This document shows, piece by piece, positions 44,753 to 54,277 of a DNA stretch of 60,394 nt. How positions within the stretch are numbered: the first letter of the stretch is position 1; each line of letters starts with the position of its first letter. The position numbers and the translations under genes are program-made. The notes below the pieces were generated by a model. It made no database searches, had not been told where the DNA came from, and saw nothing but the letters and a program-made list of their open reading frames with translations. This DNA comes from a virus (Duplodnaviria > Caudoviricetes), in the IMG/VR virus record IMGVR_UViG_3300037478_000635, positions 1-60,394 of that record; one strand, written 5' to 3'.

Positions 44753-47047
44753 TCAGACTTTGTGCCGCTCGTCGCTGAACGTGAAGTGGAGAGGCGCGGC
44801 GCCGCTGTGGTCATCGGCGAACTCATCATCGTCCTCCTGAGCGCGATCGGCTTCCTCGGCCGTCGCGTCGGAATTGCGCCAGTCGCGCGCGGCGAGCCCC
44901 ACATCGACCTGCTGGGCACGGAGGGCGGTGCGTCGACGGCGCCGTTCGGCGATCGGTTCCTGTTCGCCACCCGCGAGCTGCCATGCGACATAGTAGCCGA
45001 TTGCGCTGCTGAGGATACAGTCGTCGTGCTGCTTAGGGGCGGCCTCGGCATCCGCGAGTCGCCCAGTCGGCGTGATGAAGTGCCGCAACTCGCTGCGGGT
45101 AACCGAACTATTGAGGATGAAGTCGGGGAGGCCACTCACTGAGTCGATCGTCGTGATGGCGTCCCGGAAACTGGTAATGAGAAATGGCCTCGTTCGTGAG
45201 GTCGTGGCCCAGCCAATCCTAGTTGAGTAGCGCCGGTCGGGCGCGGCGGCATCGGCGTACTCCCAGACGTGGAGATGACTGTAGCCGAGGTGGAGCTGGA
45301 GGGCGGACTGCGTCGCTAGTCCTACGCCGTTCACCTCGATAGCCGCGAGGGCCTCGACACCGTCCTCGTCCACGTAGAAGCGGCCGATGGCGTCACAAAT
45401 AAAGGCCAGCTGCTGAGTATCGACGACGTTGCTGATGTACTGCGCGACCTCCTCAGCTGTCTCCTCGACCGTCGGTTGCCGCACAACCGTCACGACCGAA
45501 TAATCCTTCCGCACACCCTCAGCGACATCGACGCTCATGATGTACCGGCGACGGCCGCGCGCACGCGGGTACTCCCAAATCGCGAGCACCGAATGGCGAA
45601 GGGAGGGAAGCGCGGCCAGTTCGGCGGCGGTGAGGCGGCGGAACCCGTAGCCGGGCGGCACCGGGAAGGCGTCGGCAGCGAGCGGTGAAGCGGCCAACGG
45701 GATACGTGGCGTAAGTGGCGGCTCAGCACGCCGAGATCGGACAGGCTGCGGCAGATCCTCAGGAGGCAACCGGCGCAGTTCGGCGATCTCGCGCGCCGGC
45801 TCGACTGTCCAGACATCCAGGAGAGGGCGGCGACTACCGGCGGCGTCGATCGCTTCGAGCTGCTCAAGCGTGAAGATCGGACTCCCAGCGTACTGAAAAC
45901 ACTCCACATCGTCGCTACAGTACTCGCGTAGGAACTTGCCGAGTTCGCCCTTCTTCGCGTAGTAGGTGCGCGTGCGCTCGTACCAGTAGAGCTGATCGCG
46001 GCTGAGAGTGGTCGCCCGGCCCAGCCATTTCGGGGCGTCCTGCTCGCACTTCGCCGCGTGCTCGAGCGTCTGGGTCGCCGGCGTCCAGTCGAGGGGCGCC
46101 GGGAGGCTGTACTTGGTCGGTTCGGCGTACCACGGGATGAACACGTTGATGAAGCGTCCATCGCCCTCGGCGGCCGTCTGCCAGTGTTGGTGCCACCAAT
46201 CGCCGGCGAACTCGGCGGTGGATTCGAGGAGGCAGAGGGAGGCGGGTGAGATCGGGATCGTGGGAAAGAGGGCCGAGTCGAGCTGCGCGGGATTCTCAAA
46301 CGTCGCCATCTCTGAGATATGTACGACCGAGTAGGTCTGGCCACGCCCAATCGATCCCTTGCTGCCTTCCAGGCCAGTCACCGACTGCAAGGCACCACGA
46401 GTTGACTTGCCCCACGCCGTCTTCACCGAACTCTGGTTGCTGTAGAGCATCTCGCGGTCCTTGTTGAAGGTCAGGCGCGCGAGGCGCAGGAACCACGGGA
46501 GCTGCTGGTAGATCCGGTCGATCATACGGAAGAGGTAGCCAGCTTGTGATTCGACATCGGCCCCACTGAGCGCCCGGACGTAGGGCTGGGTTAGTACGCG
46601 ATGCGCGACTAGCGATTCAGCGAGGGTGGAGACGCCGAGCTGGCGACTTTTCAGCACGTTGAGGAAGAGCCCATCGGGGTAGCCGGTCTCGTGGTGGCGC
46701 CATTCGAGATCGCCGAGCGCGCGCAGTACGAAGGCTTGCGACTCCCAGAGGGGAAAGAGGGGGCGCAGCCCGTGGCCCTCTTGATCGATCCAGACGAAGC
46801 GTTCGGCCCAGTACCGATAGTCGACCAGCGTCCGCAGGCGGGTAGCGGCGACGAAGGTCTGCTCCTCGGGCGTGAGCGCGCGGAGCAGATCGCCTCTCTC
46901 GCCCACCGCGTCGAGCAGCTGGGCGGTCAGCCCCGCCGAGTCCGCCAGGGCGTAGGCGGGAATCTCGCCTGTGGGGAACTGCGCCCGGACGCCGGGGAGC
47001 TGGAGGAGCCGGTCCAGCCGCTGCGCGACCATGTGATCGGAATACAT
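44753..47047 (-). CDS. terL: terminase large subunit
   Basis: Walker A LKSRQLGVST, Walker B VHISEMA, motif III LESTA, nuclease SVDVAEG..DYS, IEVNG.G, HDDCILS. Confidence 0.92.
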   Translation of the reverse strand: MYSDHMVAQRLDRLLQLPGVRAQFPTGEIPAYALADSAGLTAQLLDAVGERGDLLRALTPEEQTFVAATRLRTLVDYRYWAERFVWIDQEGHGLRPLFPLWESQAFVLRALGDLEWRHHETGYPDGLFLNVLKSRQLGVSTLAESLVAHRVLTQPYVRALSGADVESQAGYLFRMIDRIYQQLPWFLRLARLTFNKDREMLYSNQSSVKTAWGKSTRGALQSVTGLEGSKGSIGRGQTYSVVHISEMATFENPAQLDSALFPTIPISPASLCLLESTAEFAGDWWHQHWQTAAEGDGRFINVFIPWYAEPTKYSLPAPLDWTPATQTLEHAAKCEQDAPKWLGRATTLSRDQLYWYERTRTYYAKKGELGKFLREYCSDDVECFQYAGSPIFTLEQLEAIDAAGSRRPLLDVWTVEPAREIAELRRLPPEDLPQPVRSRRAEPPLTPRIPLAASPLAADAFPVPPGYGFRRLTAAELAALPSLRHSVLAIWEYPRARGRRRYIMSVDVAEGVRKDYSVVTVVRQPTVEETAEEVAQYISNVVDTQQLAFICDAIGRFYVDEDGVEALAAIEVNGVGLATQSALQLHLGYSHLHVWEYADAAAPDRRYSTRIGWATTSRTRPFLITSFRDAITTIDSVSGLPDFILNSSVTRSELRHFITPTGRLADAEAAPKQHDDCILSSAIGYYVAWQLAGGEQEPIAERRRRRTALRAQQVDVGLAARDWRNSDATAEEADRAQEDDDEFADDHSGAAPLHFTFSDERHKV

Positions 47048-47062
47048 CGCCTCGGGGGCCGG

Positions 47063-47815
47063 CTACGGGACGGGCGCCTCGTCGCGCTCCTCGGCAGCAG
47101 GCGGGACGACCTGCCCCTCCACGGCGGCGGGTGGGGGCGAAAAGATCTCACGCACCGAGTGCTGGAGCTGCTCGAGTGTCCCGGGCGCGGTCAGCGGCGA
47201 GGCGCTGGGGGGCGGGGCGATCAGATTCTGCTGCAGGTTGATGCCCCCCGATCGCTGCAGGAGCTGCCCGAGCTCGAGGGCGACCTTCTGACGATCGAGA
47301 TCGGGCAGGCGCGTCACCTGCCCCCGCCCGCCGCAAGAGGCGCACGGCCCAGGCGCCGGATTCGGCTGCGCCTTGGTGGGCGCGGGGGTGACCTGGCCAC
47401 GGCCCGCACAGTCCTCGCAGGAGACCTCATGCGGCTGGCTGCGGCGCATCACGTCGTCGACGACCCCGAGGAGCTGGTCGGCGACCAGGTGGGTCGCCTG
47501 CAGGTGCGCCTTGACGATCAGCGCCTTCTGGTAGGCGGCGAACAGCTCCGCGATCGTCAGGTGGGCATGGTGGCAGATCCACCGCAGGCTCTTGCCCCCG
47601 TACCGGGGATCGATCAGCAGCGTCGTGATCCGCGCGACGTCGGGCGCCGACTCGGCGACCAGCAGCGTGTCGAGCAGCTGCTGCCGGCCGCCCAAGGCGA
47701 CGGTGAAGGCGTCGATCGCCGCGTCGGACAGCGTGGCTTCCTGGGGGGAGAGATCGGTCTCGGGGCGGCGGGCGGCCGCCGGGAGGAGGCCGGAGGAGGC
47801 GGCGGCGCGCGCCAT
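47063..47815 (-). CDS. candidate terminase small subunit with DnaJ-type Zn finger
   Basis: Directly upstream of terL; HTH-like SLRWICHHAHLTIAELF; CEDCAGRG and CASCGGRG. Confidence 0.55.
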   Translation of the reverse strand: MARAAASSGLLPAAARRPETDLSPQEATLSDAAIDAFTVALGGRQQLLDTLLVAESAPDVARITTLLIDPRYGGKSLRWICHHAHLTIAELFAAYQKALIVKAHLQATHLVADQLLGVVDDVMRRSQPHEVSCEDCAGRGQVTPAPTKAQPNPAPGPCASCGGRGQVTRLPDLDRQKVALELGQLLQRSGGINLQQNLIAPPPSASPLTAPGTLEQLQHSVREIFSPPPAAVEGQVVPPAAEERDEAPVP

Positions 47816-48177
47816 CAGCGGTCCCGCTCCGAGCGCTGGCGCGCGACCTCGCGATCCCGCGCCGTCAGGCGGGTGTGCAGGTCCATCGTCTTCTCGTCGG
47901 CGAGATAGCTCAGGATCTCGTCCTCGGTCGGCTGATGGCCGGTGTCGCGGCGGATCCGCTCGAGGTACTGCTGCGCGAGGTACTGATCGAGGGAATCGAC
48001 GAAGTCGACGCCGGTCTCGCCCCGGACGACGTCACGATCGACCACCGGGGGGAGCGGGGCGAAGCGATCGGCGAGGCGGGCGAGCAGCGCATTCTGGCGC
48101 TCGAGCTGATCGCCGACGCGGCCCAGATCGCGCGCGAACCGGCGGAGCAGCCAGAGCCCGGTCAGCCGCTTGAACAT
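47815..48177 (-). CDS. hypothetical protein, probably leaderless
   Basis: MFKRLTGLWLLRR...; no SD, TACCCT 6 nt upstream. Confidence 0.6.
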   Translation of the reverse strand: MFKRLTGLWLLRRFARDLGRVGDQLERQNALLARLADRFAPLPPVVDRDVVRGETGVDFVDSLDQYLAQQYLERIRRDTGHQPTEDEILSYLADEKTMDLHTRLTARDREVARQRSERDR

Positions 48178-48183
48178 GCGGCT

Positions 48184-48213
48184 AGGGTAGCGACCCGGGC
48201 GTGGCGCGCGCAA
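48184..48213 (-). promoter_or_regulatory. putative promoter for the packaging operon
   Basis: TTGCGC-18 nt-TACCCT, 6 nt before ATG 48177. Confidence 0.45.
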
Positions 48214-48325
48214 GTCCCCGATCAGGCCGCTGGCCGTGGACGGCACGTCTGGCACCCGCCCGGGCGCGGCTTGTTCGCTCAGGTGAGCGGGCGGCCGCAG
48301 CGGGGGCAGGGGCGAGGCAGGGCCG

Positions 48326-48571
48326 TCACCAGCTCCAGGTCCCGCGCGCCCCGGCCGTGACCGGGCCGGCCCATTCGCGCGCCGCGTAGGCGCTCACGCT
48401 GCCGCGCGCGCCGAGGCGCCAGCCAAAGCTGCCCTCGACGCCACGTAGGGTGATCCCGCCGGTGATCTGGCGGGGCTTCCCCGGCGGGATCTTCGCGAGC
48501 GTGTCGGCGAGCGCCTTGTCGAGCGCCGCTGAGAACGGTTGCGGCATCGGCGGCGCCGGCGTCGGACTCAC
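48326..48571 (-). CDS. small hypothetical protein with beta-strand C-terminus
   Basis: GTGA coupling; alternating pattern ending ARGTWSW. Confidence 0.55.
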   Translation of the reverse strand: MSPTPAPPMPQPFSAALDKALADTLAKIPPGKPRQITGGITLRGVEGSFGWRLGARGSVSAYAAREWAGPVTAGARGTWSW

Positions 48572-49242
48572 TTCACCGGCTCCAGCGCCCGGAGCAAAGG
48601 GCCGTCAGCGCTCGCGGTGCTTCCGAGACCCAGATCGGGCAGGGCGGCGTGGATCTTATCGCTGGCCTGCTGCCCCGTCAGCCCAGGCGCCTTCTCGTGC
48701 AAGTCAGCGAGGGCCATGTCGAACTTGTCCGCGGCGGTGCTGGTCGGCTGTCCGGCCGACCGGCGGGCGTTGACGATCTCCTCGGCCTTCAGCACGGCCT
48801 GCTTCACCCAGAACTGGAGCTGGCGCTCCTGGTCCTCTTTGAGCGAGAGGCCGACCTTCTGCAAGAGGCGCCGGGCGAGGAGCACGACGAAGCCGGCCGC
48901 GACGACGGCGAGCGCGTCGAACGCCGTGTCGAGCAGGGCGGGAAGCAGCGTCGAGAACAGTGTGTCCATGTGCGTCTCCTGTGAAAACGGGAACCAACTC
49001 GCGGGCGCCCAGAGGCCACCCCAGAAATGCAGCATCAGCAGCACGAGCAGCGCCGACCCGAGCGCCGCGAGCGGCGGCCAGGCGGCCGTCAGCCGCCAGA
49101 CGAGCTGCGAGAGCGTCGGCCGCCGCGAGGCGATCGCCCAGAGTTCGTAGCCCACGAGCCAGACCAGCGCGACAACCCAGGGCCAGTAGGTCTTCACGAG
49201 CAGCACGCCCAGATCGCGAGGCCGAGCACGATCACGATCCAC
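48568..49242 (-). CDS. holin-like membrane protein, with an internal start at 48969
   Basis: Two N-terminal TM segments, then AGGAG+ATG and an LL-H-holin-like part (TM, VKQAVLKAEE, DKFDMA); true start may be GTG 49197. Confidence 0.55.
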   Translation of the reverse strand: MDRDRARPRDLGVLLVKTYWPWVVALVWLVGYELWAIASRRPTLSQLVWRLTAAWPPLAALGSALLVLLMLHFWGGLWAPASWFPFSQETHMDTLFSTLLPALLDTAFDALAVVAAGFVVLLARRLLQKVGLSLKEDQERQLQFWVKQAVLKAEEIVNARRSAGQPTSTAADKFDMALADLHEKAPGLTGQQASDKIHAALPDLGLGSTASADGPLLRALEPVK

Positions 49243-49303
49243 ACTCCACAGGGCTGCGGCCGATGCACCATCCAGCCGGCGTGACTGGATGACAAGTGGG
49301 GGC

Positions 49304-49507
49304 TCATCGGGGCTTGTCCCTTATGTTGCGTTGACGACCCTGCTCGTCGATCCATCCGCCGCACAGCGTGGTGAATATCTCAAGGTCGGCCTTGCGGTAG
49401 ATCGCCGCGACGGCCACCGCCAGGACGTCGTCCTCGGTCTTGATACGGATCTCCCCGCGCACGACCAGCGACCCGTCTTCGTTGGAGATGTTGGGCTCGT
49501 GCGTCAT
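49304..49507 (-). CDS. small hypothetical protein
   Basis: GGAG RBS, ATG 49507. Confidence 0.45.
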   Translation of the reverse strand: MTHEPNISNEDGSLVVRGEIRIKTEDDVLAVAVAAIYRKADLEIFTTLCGGWIDEQGRQRNIRDKPR

Positions 49508-49512
49508 TGTCT

Positions 49513-49779
49513 TCAGCTCCGCGTCCCATCCCATACAACCTCGAACTCACGCCCATCAATCGTTCGCACTGGCCGAGTATGAGGTGCCATCGCCTGCACG
49601 CTACGGAGAGACGCGAGTTGTTGCGCCTCAGCCTCCACCCTCGCTCGCTCTAGCTCGAGGCGTGGTCGCTGATCGGTCTGGCATGTCGCACACAAGCCTG
49701 TTCGTCCCTGCGCCCATCGTTCACCGCATCCACTGCACGCCTTCCCGTACGGGATCGGCCTGCGCTGCTTCCAACCCAT
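49513..49779 (-). CDS. small Zn-finger protein
   Basis: GAGGAGG RBS; CSGC...CATC. Confidence 0.6.
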   Translation of the reverse strand: MGWKQRRPIPYGKACSGCGERWAQGRTGLCATCQTDQRPRLELERARVEAEAQQLASLRSVQAMAPHTRPVRTIDGREFEVVWDGTRS

Positions 49780-49807
49780 ACGCCCTCCTCGCCGAACAGC
49801 CCGAGAG

Positions 49808-49990
49808 CTACCGCCTCCCCAATCCGCCCTTGCGCCCGTCGTACCGCTGCTGCCGCTTGAGCACCCAGGCGAGCAGATCCGCGAGGACGGCGCGCGGTTT
49901 GCGTGTAGCGCGCAGCTCGCGGCGCAGCTTGTCGCGGATCGCGCGTCGCTCCAATCGCGCACCTTTCGACTTCTGAGGACTCGCTGCCAT
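49808..49990 (-). CDS. small basic protein
   Basis: AAAGGAG RBS; Arg/Lys-rich. Confidence 0.55.
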   Translation of the reverse strand: MAASPQKSKGARLERRAIRDKLRRELRATRKPRAVLADLLAWVLKRQQRYDGRKGGLGRR

Positions 49991-50071
49991 GGGTGCTCCT
50001 TTCAGCGCCGGCTCTCGATGACCATGACGTGCGGCCCCGCGTTGCTGATGTTGGGTGAATGGGTCATTGCC

Positions 50072-51220
50072 TCATGTGCGTGACAGGAACACGAGCGAGT
50101 CCTGCGGTCCGTGCGCCGATTCGATTCGCCAGCCCGGCGCGGCCTCGGGCCGCCAATCGTGATTCGGCTTCACAGCGACACAGCAGGCGCGGTTGCCGAG
50201 GATGATCCCGTAGATCCGCGACGTCTGCTCAGGGAAGAACGCCACGTCGAACGAGAGTGGGCACGACGACAGACCGCCGCGCGTGTACTGTCCGGTTTGC
50301 CACTCCGGTCCGATCTGCGACCACGCCAGCGTCACGGCGTCCGCGCACTGCTGGATGGCCCCGTGCGGATCCGGGATGTAGCTCCGGTTGCCGGAGTCCG
50401 CGTGGAACGTCGAGCCCGCCCCGAAGATCGCACAGACGGCGTGGTGCCAGAAGTGCTCCGCCGGGTCCGCGCTGCGCGATCCCGGCTTCGTTACCTCCGC
50501 GGCCCCCATCGGTTCGTCGCTGACGGCCGGGCCGCCGAAGAAGTCGCCCTGCTCCATCAGATCCTTCGCCTTGCGCGACCACGCCTCCCGATCACGTGGA
50601 AGATGCGTCGTGAGGTAGTCGAGCTTCAGGCCGGTGTAGCGCCATTCGCCGTTGACCCGCGCGAACGTGTATTCGCCGGATGCCATGAGACAGGGACGCG
50701 GATCGTCTGCGCTGAAGATGTCGCGCGGATTTACCCCGTTCTTCCACGGCTCATTGCTCGCCTCGCACGCCACGTTGTCGTAGTGCCCGATGGTGTCGAG
50801 CACGCGCCGCAGATGTCGGCGCTGATCGGCATGGTCCGACATCACGTGTTGCGCGTCCGCGAACACGACGAACTCGACGCGCAGGCCGCCGTCGCGCATG
50901 CGCTCGATGAAACGCGGCAGCGCGTCCCAGTAGCCCGGCGTCTCAGGCCCGAAGGCCCAGCCATCCGTCCAGGCGACCATGCCCAACACGCGCGCGACAT
51001 TCACACCCTGCCGGCGCATCCACTCGATCTGCGGAGTGACGTCCTCTCCACGGAGGAAGCGGTTGAACAGCATGAACTGCGTCGATCCGTGCCACGACCA
51101 GAGCGCGCCGTTCTCCTCGCGAAACGTCCGACCGTCCACGCGGATTCGTCCGAGTGTGGGCCGCGGTTCGGGCTCGCCGTAGATCGTCGCGACCGGGATG
51201 GAGTCGAGCAGGCGCGTCAT
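50072..51220 (-). CDS. GH-A clan (GH5-like) TIM-barrel glycoside hydrolase
   Basis: IRVDGRTF, GVNVARVL, acid/base CEASNEP, YLTTH, nucleophile-like VSDEP, STFH. Confidence 0.7.
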   Translation of the reverse strand: MTRLLDSIPVATIYGEPEPRPTLGRIRVDGRTFREENGALWSWHGSTQFMLFNRFLRGEDVTPQIEWMRRQGVNVARVLGMVAWTDGWAFGPETPGYWDALPRFIERMRDGGLRVEFVVFADAQHVMSDHADQRRHLRRVLDTIGHYDNVACEASNEPWKNGVNPRDIFSADDPRPCLMASGEYTFARVNGEWRYTGLKLDYLTTHLPRDREAWSRKAKDLMEQGDFFGGPAVSDEPMGAAEVTKPGSRSADPAEHFWHHAVCAIFGAGSTFHADSGNRSYIPDPHGAIQQCADAVTLAWSQIGPEWQTGQYTRGGLSSCPLSFDVAFFPEQTSRIYGIILGNRACCVAVKPNHDWRPEAAPGWRIESAHGPQDSLVFLSRT

Positions 51221-53286
51221 TGACGCACGAGCGTCAGCGGCGCTGACGTGAACTGCCGACCGTCCCTCGTGTGGGCGACGTAGGCCACGATGCGCCCGTC
51301 CGGCATCCGCACGACGTCTGGCCGCTCGTGGGAGCCGCGCTGGTCCGGCGGCCGCGTCTCGAACTGGCGATCCAGATCGACGCTCTCACCGTCGATCTCG
51401 CCCGAGCCCCACCGGTCGGCGAAGTTGACGATCACGTTCGCATCCACGAAGCGCAGCGTGAACTTGTCGTCCGGCTTGGTCACCTCGACACGCTCATGCG
51501 CGCCGACGCTGCTGCGATCGAAGTAGATGCGGTCCGGTTCGCTTGGATCGACGCGGCCGAACATGCCGCCAGGGCCGAGCACGCCGACAATTTCAGGGTC
51601 CATGTCTGTCACCTCGTGTGCTGATGGAAACGGATCGGAGGAGTCCGGCGGGAGTGGCGCCGGGTCAGGTGCTGGTTCGGGCTCGTCCGACGGCGGATCG
51701 TCCGGCGGGTCTTCTGGCGCCGGCGTGTCAGCGTCGTCCTTGGCCGGCAGCTCCGGCGCCCCCTTCGCAACGGCCGACGCGACAATGCGCTCGCCGAGCG
51801 CGCGCATGTCCGGGTCTTCGATCGGCCCCCCCGGACCGGACCGCTCGAACGGGAACGCCCACGCGACCATCAGCCGCCCTCTCGACTCGTCTGACCAGTC
51901 GTAGAGCCGCGTCGCGATGGCCAGCACGGTCTCTTTTCTCCAGTGGTCCTGCTGCGTATAGCACGGCAGGATGACGCCGTACGCTCCCTCCCAGTGCTCA
52001 CGCAGGGTGGCCACCTTGTCGTTGAGCCGGCCCATGGCCTCCTCCGGCCCTTCACCGGGCGCCGGATAGCACTCCGCGATCGGAATCCCCCAGGACGGCA
52101 TCAGCGTCAGGATGCTCGTCGGGTAGTCGGCACTGATGTTCCAGCCATCGTCGTACCAGGTGGGCCGGATCCCCGTCTCCTCGCAGTCCTTCAGGTAGCC
52201 GCGAAAGATGGGCGAGGCGGCGTAATCGAAGTGCGGCCCCGCGCCCTCGATGCCGCCAATCCGGCCGAGCAGCGTGGGCGGTTGTGAAATCGCGATGTCC
52301 TCGCCGCCGGCAAACACCGGCCGGCTGGGATCCGCCATCTGCCGCCAGTCCTGCCCGTCGCCCTCGCCCGCCATCGGCGTCAGGAATTGACAGTTGCCCG
52401 GCGCAGACTTGTCGGACGGCACCCAGGAGAACCCGGCGTAGCAGGGATACCGCAAGGCCCGCAGCGTCGGCAGTTCGGGACGCACAGGCGCCGGCAGCGG
52501 CCGGTAGGGCGGGAACTCGTCGTACACCACCGCGTTTTTCCGCGTCCACGAGCAGGCGAACCAGCCGGCCGCGTCGTGCGCCAGTTGCGGGTCCTCCGGA
52601 CCGATGTCCTCGTCGAACAGAAGGAACGGATCGCCGCCCGACAGCGCGATCCCCGCCCCCACCTCGCCGTGCTGCCCAATCACCACGCCCGCGATCTCCG
52701 TCGTCACCGTCAGCGACAGGCCGCGGATCGTGCGGGTCCGCGTCTCGCCCGCCCACTGCACCCTGTCCTCGGACCCATCGATCGCCAGGCCGGCCTCGAG
52801 GTGCTGCACTCCGGCCGACGTCGTGCCGTCGCCCCCGGGCCAGACCGGCACCGTGACGGTCTCGAAGCCGTCTGCGGAGGGGCCCGCGGACGATCCGATC
52901 CGAATCCGGCGATACGTCCCCGGACTGTCCTGCGCGATCACGACGAACGCCTCGCCGTTCCAGCCAACCGCCGGCCGCGTGTGGCACGGGTGCCCCCACG
53001 ACCAGCGCACGGGGCCCCCGAGCGGCTTCACACCGATGAGCAGCCCGTACGCTTGCGCCTGGGCCTGCGCGACCAGGCAGATCCGTCCGTCCGGCGCGCA
53101 CGCGACGTCCAGCATGCGGGGCGCCGAGGGCGCCGTCTCTTGCCAGGCCATCACGCGCACCGGCTGTGGATTCATCTCGGCGGTGATCGTCCGCAGCATC
53201 GGCTGCGCGCGGTCCACGTAGACCCAGAGACGCCCGGCGGGATGCGCCGCCACCCGGCACCAATAGCCGTCACGACGGATGGTCAT
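51217..53286 (-). CDS. multidomain protein: beta-propeller-like N-domain, central alpha/beta domain, Pro/Asp linker, small beta C-domain
   Basis: GGAGG RBS before ATG 53286; PAPEDPPDDPPSDEPEPAPDPAP linker; internal RBS+ATG at 51603. Confidence 0.65.
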   Translation of the reverse strand: MTIRRDGYWCRVAAHPAGRLWVYVDRAQPMLRTITAEMNPQPVRVMAWQETAPSAPRMLDVACAPDGRICLVAQAQAQAYGLLIGVKPLGGPVRWSWGHPCHTRPAVGWNGEAFVVIAQDSPGTYRRIRIGSSAGPSADGFETVTVPVWPGGDGTTSAGVQHLEAGLAIDGSEDRVQWAGETRTRTIRGLSLTVTTEIAGVVIGQHGEVGAGIALSGGDPFLLFDEDIGPEDPQLAHDAAGWFACSWTRKNAVVYDEFPPYRPLPAPVRPELPTLRALRYPCYAGFSWVPSDKSAPGNCQFLTPMAGEGDGQDWRQMADPSRPVFAGGEDIAISQPPTLLGRIGGIEGAGPHFDYAASPIFRGYLKDCEETGIRPTWYDDGWNISADYPTSILTLMPSWGIPIAECYPAPGEGPEEAMGRLNDKVATLREHWEGAYGVILPCYTQQDHWRKETVLAIATRLYDWSDESRGRLMVAWAFPFERSGPGGPIEDPDMRALGERIVASAVAKGAPELPAKDDADTPAPEDPPDDPPSDEPEPAPDPAPLPPDSSDPFPSAHEVTDMDPEIVGVLGPGGMFGRVDPSEPDRIYFDRSSVGAHERVEVTKPDDKFTLRFVDANVIVNFADRWGSGEIDGESVDLDRQFETRPPDQRGSHERPDVVRMPDGRIVAYVAHTRDGRQFTSAPLTLVRQ

Positions 53287-53435
53287 GCCCGCCTCCGATC
53301 CAGGTGTGCCGCGCCCGCCGCCCAGAAGCGCGCGGCACCCACGCACACGATCACGATCGCGGCCGCCACGAGCACGTCAATCACGCTGGGCCTTCCCCCG
53401 CGCGCCCCCGTGCGCGTCGTGCAGCGTCGCGCGGT

Positions 53436-53633
53436 TCATTGCAGCCTCAGCACCGGGCCTCCAGACAGCAGGCCGAAGGCTTGGAGCAGCCACACCACCA
53501 CAAGGATCACCAGCACGACGTGAATCACCGCGACGATGGGCTGCGGGAGGCCGAACGCGGCCGCGATGACGCGCACGGCCAAGAACAACAGGCCGATGAG
53601 AATCAACGCGACGAGCAAACTGAGAATGGACAT
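53436..53633 (-). CDS. two-TM small membrane protein (Thivi_2564-like)
   Basis: AAGGAG RBS; two hydrophobic helices split by LPQP. Confidence 0.7.
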   Translation of the reverse strand: MSILSLLVALILIGLLFLAVRVIAAAFGLPQPIVAVIHVVLVILVVVWLLQAFGLLSGGPVLRLQ

Positions 53634-53647
53634 GTCAGCTCCTTGTG

Positions 53648-53977
53648 TCAGCGCAACCAGTTCACGACCCACAGCGCGATCGTCACGAGCAGGCTCACCG
53701 CCGCGCTGAGCACGACGAGTCGCCCGTCGAGATTCGCCTTCGCGCGCTGCAGCTCCTGGACGGTTTCGGCCACGGCCTTGAGCTCATCGCGCGTCGCCAT
53801 GCGATTGGCCTGATCCCGGAGCGCCTCGCGGAACTCATTCATCGAGTCGAGTCGCACGGACATGCCGCGCTCAGCTTTTCGCACCGCCTCCTCGGACGCC
53901 GCGAATCGCTGCTCGTAGCGCCGATCGGCTTCGCGCATCATCGCTTCGAGATGTTCCCGCAACGCCACTTCGGACAT
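53648..53977 (-). CDS. coiled-coil protein with C-terminal TM (lysis-region membrane protein)
   Basis: GGAGGG RBS; heptads then LVVLSAAVSLLVTIALWVV. Confidence 0.7.
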   Translation of the reverse strand: MSEVALREHLEAMMREADRRYEQRFAASEEAVRKAERGMSVRLDSMNEFREALRDQANRMATRDELKAVAETVQELQRAKANLDGRLVVLSAAVSLLVTIALWVVNWLR

Positions 53978-54056
53978 CGCCCCTCCGTCCTCACCTCGCG
54001 GAGTGTGACGAGGCCGGCCCGGCCGGACAAGCCCCCTTTGGTCGCCGAAGGCGCGC

Positions 54057-54269
54057 TTATCCGCGATCAGCGGGCGTGCGGTCGAGCAGGTCGTGGAGGT
54101 CGTGGCGCAGCTCGTCGCCGTGCGTGTCGATCGTGTGCGTCTGATCGACGAGCAGGCGCCCGAGGACGGTGAGCGCGCGGTGGATCTGCACGAGCGTGAT
54201 GGCGATCCAGACGAGCAGCCCGAGCAGCCCGAGGAGGCTGACGAGGAGGGCGAGGCCGAGCAGGAGCAT
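54057..54269 (-). CDS. small membrane protein, probably leaderless; first late-strand gene
   Basis: Long Leu-rich TM; no SD; TACCCT 8 nt upstream. Confidence 0.55.
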   Translation of the reverse strand: MLLLGLALLVSLLGLLGLLVWIAITLVQIHRALTVLGRLLVDQTHTIDTHGDELRHDLHDLLDRTPADRG

Positions 54270-54277
54270 CGCCGGGT

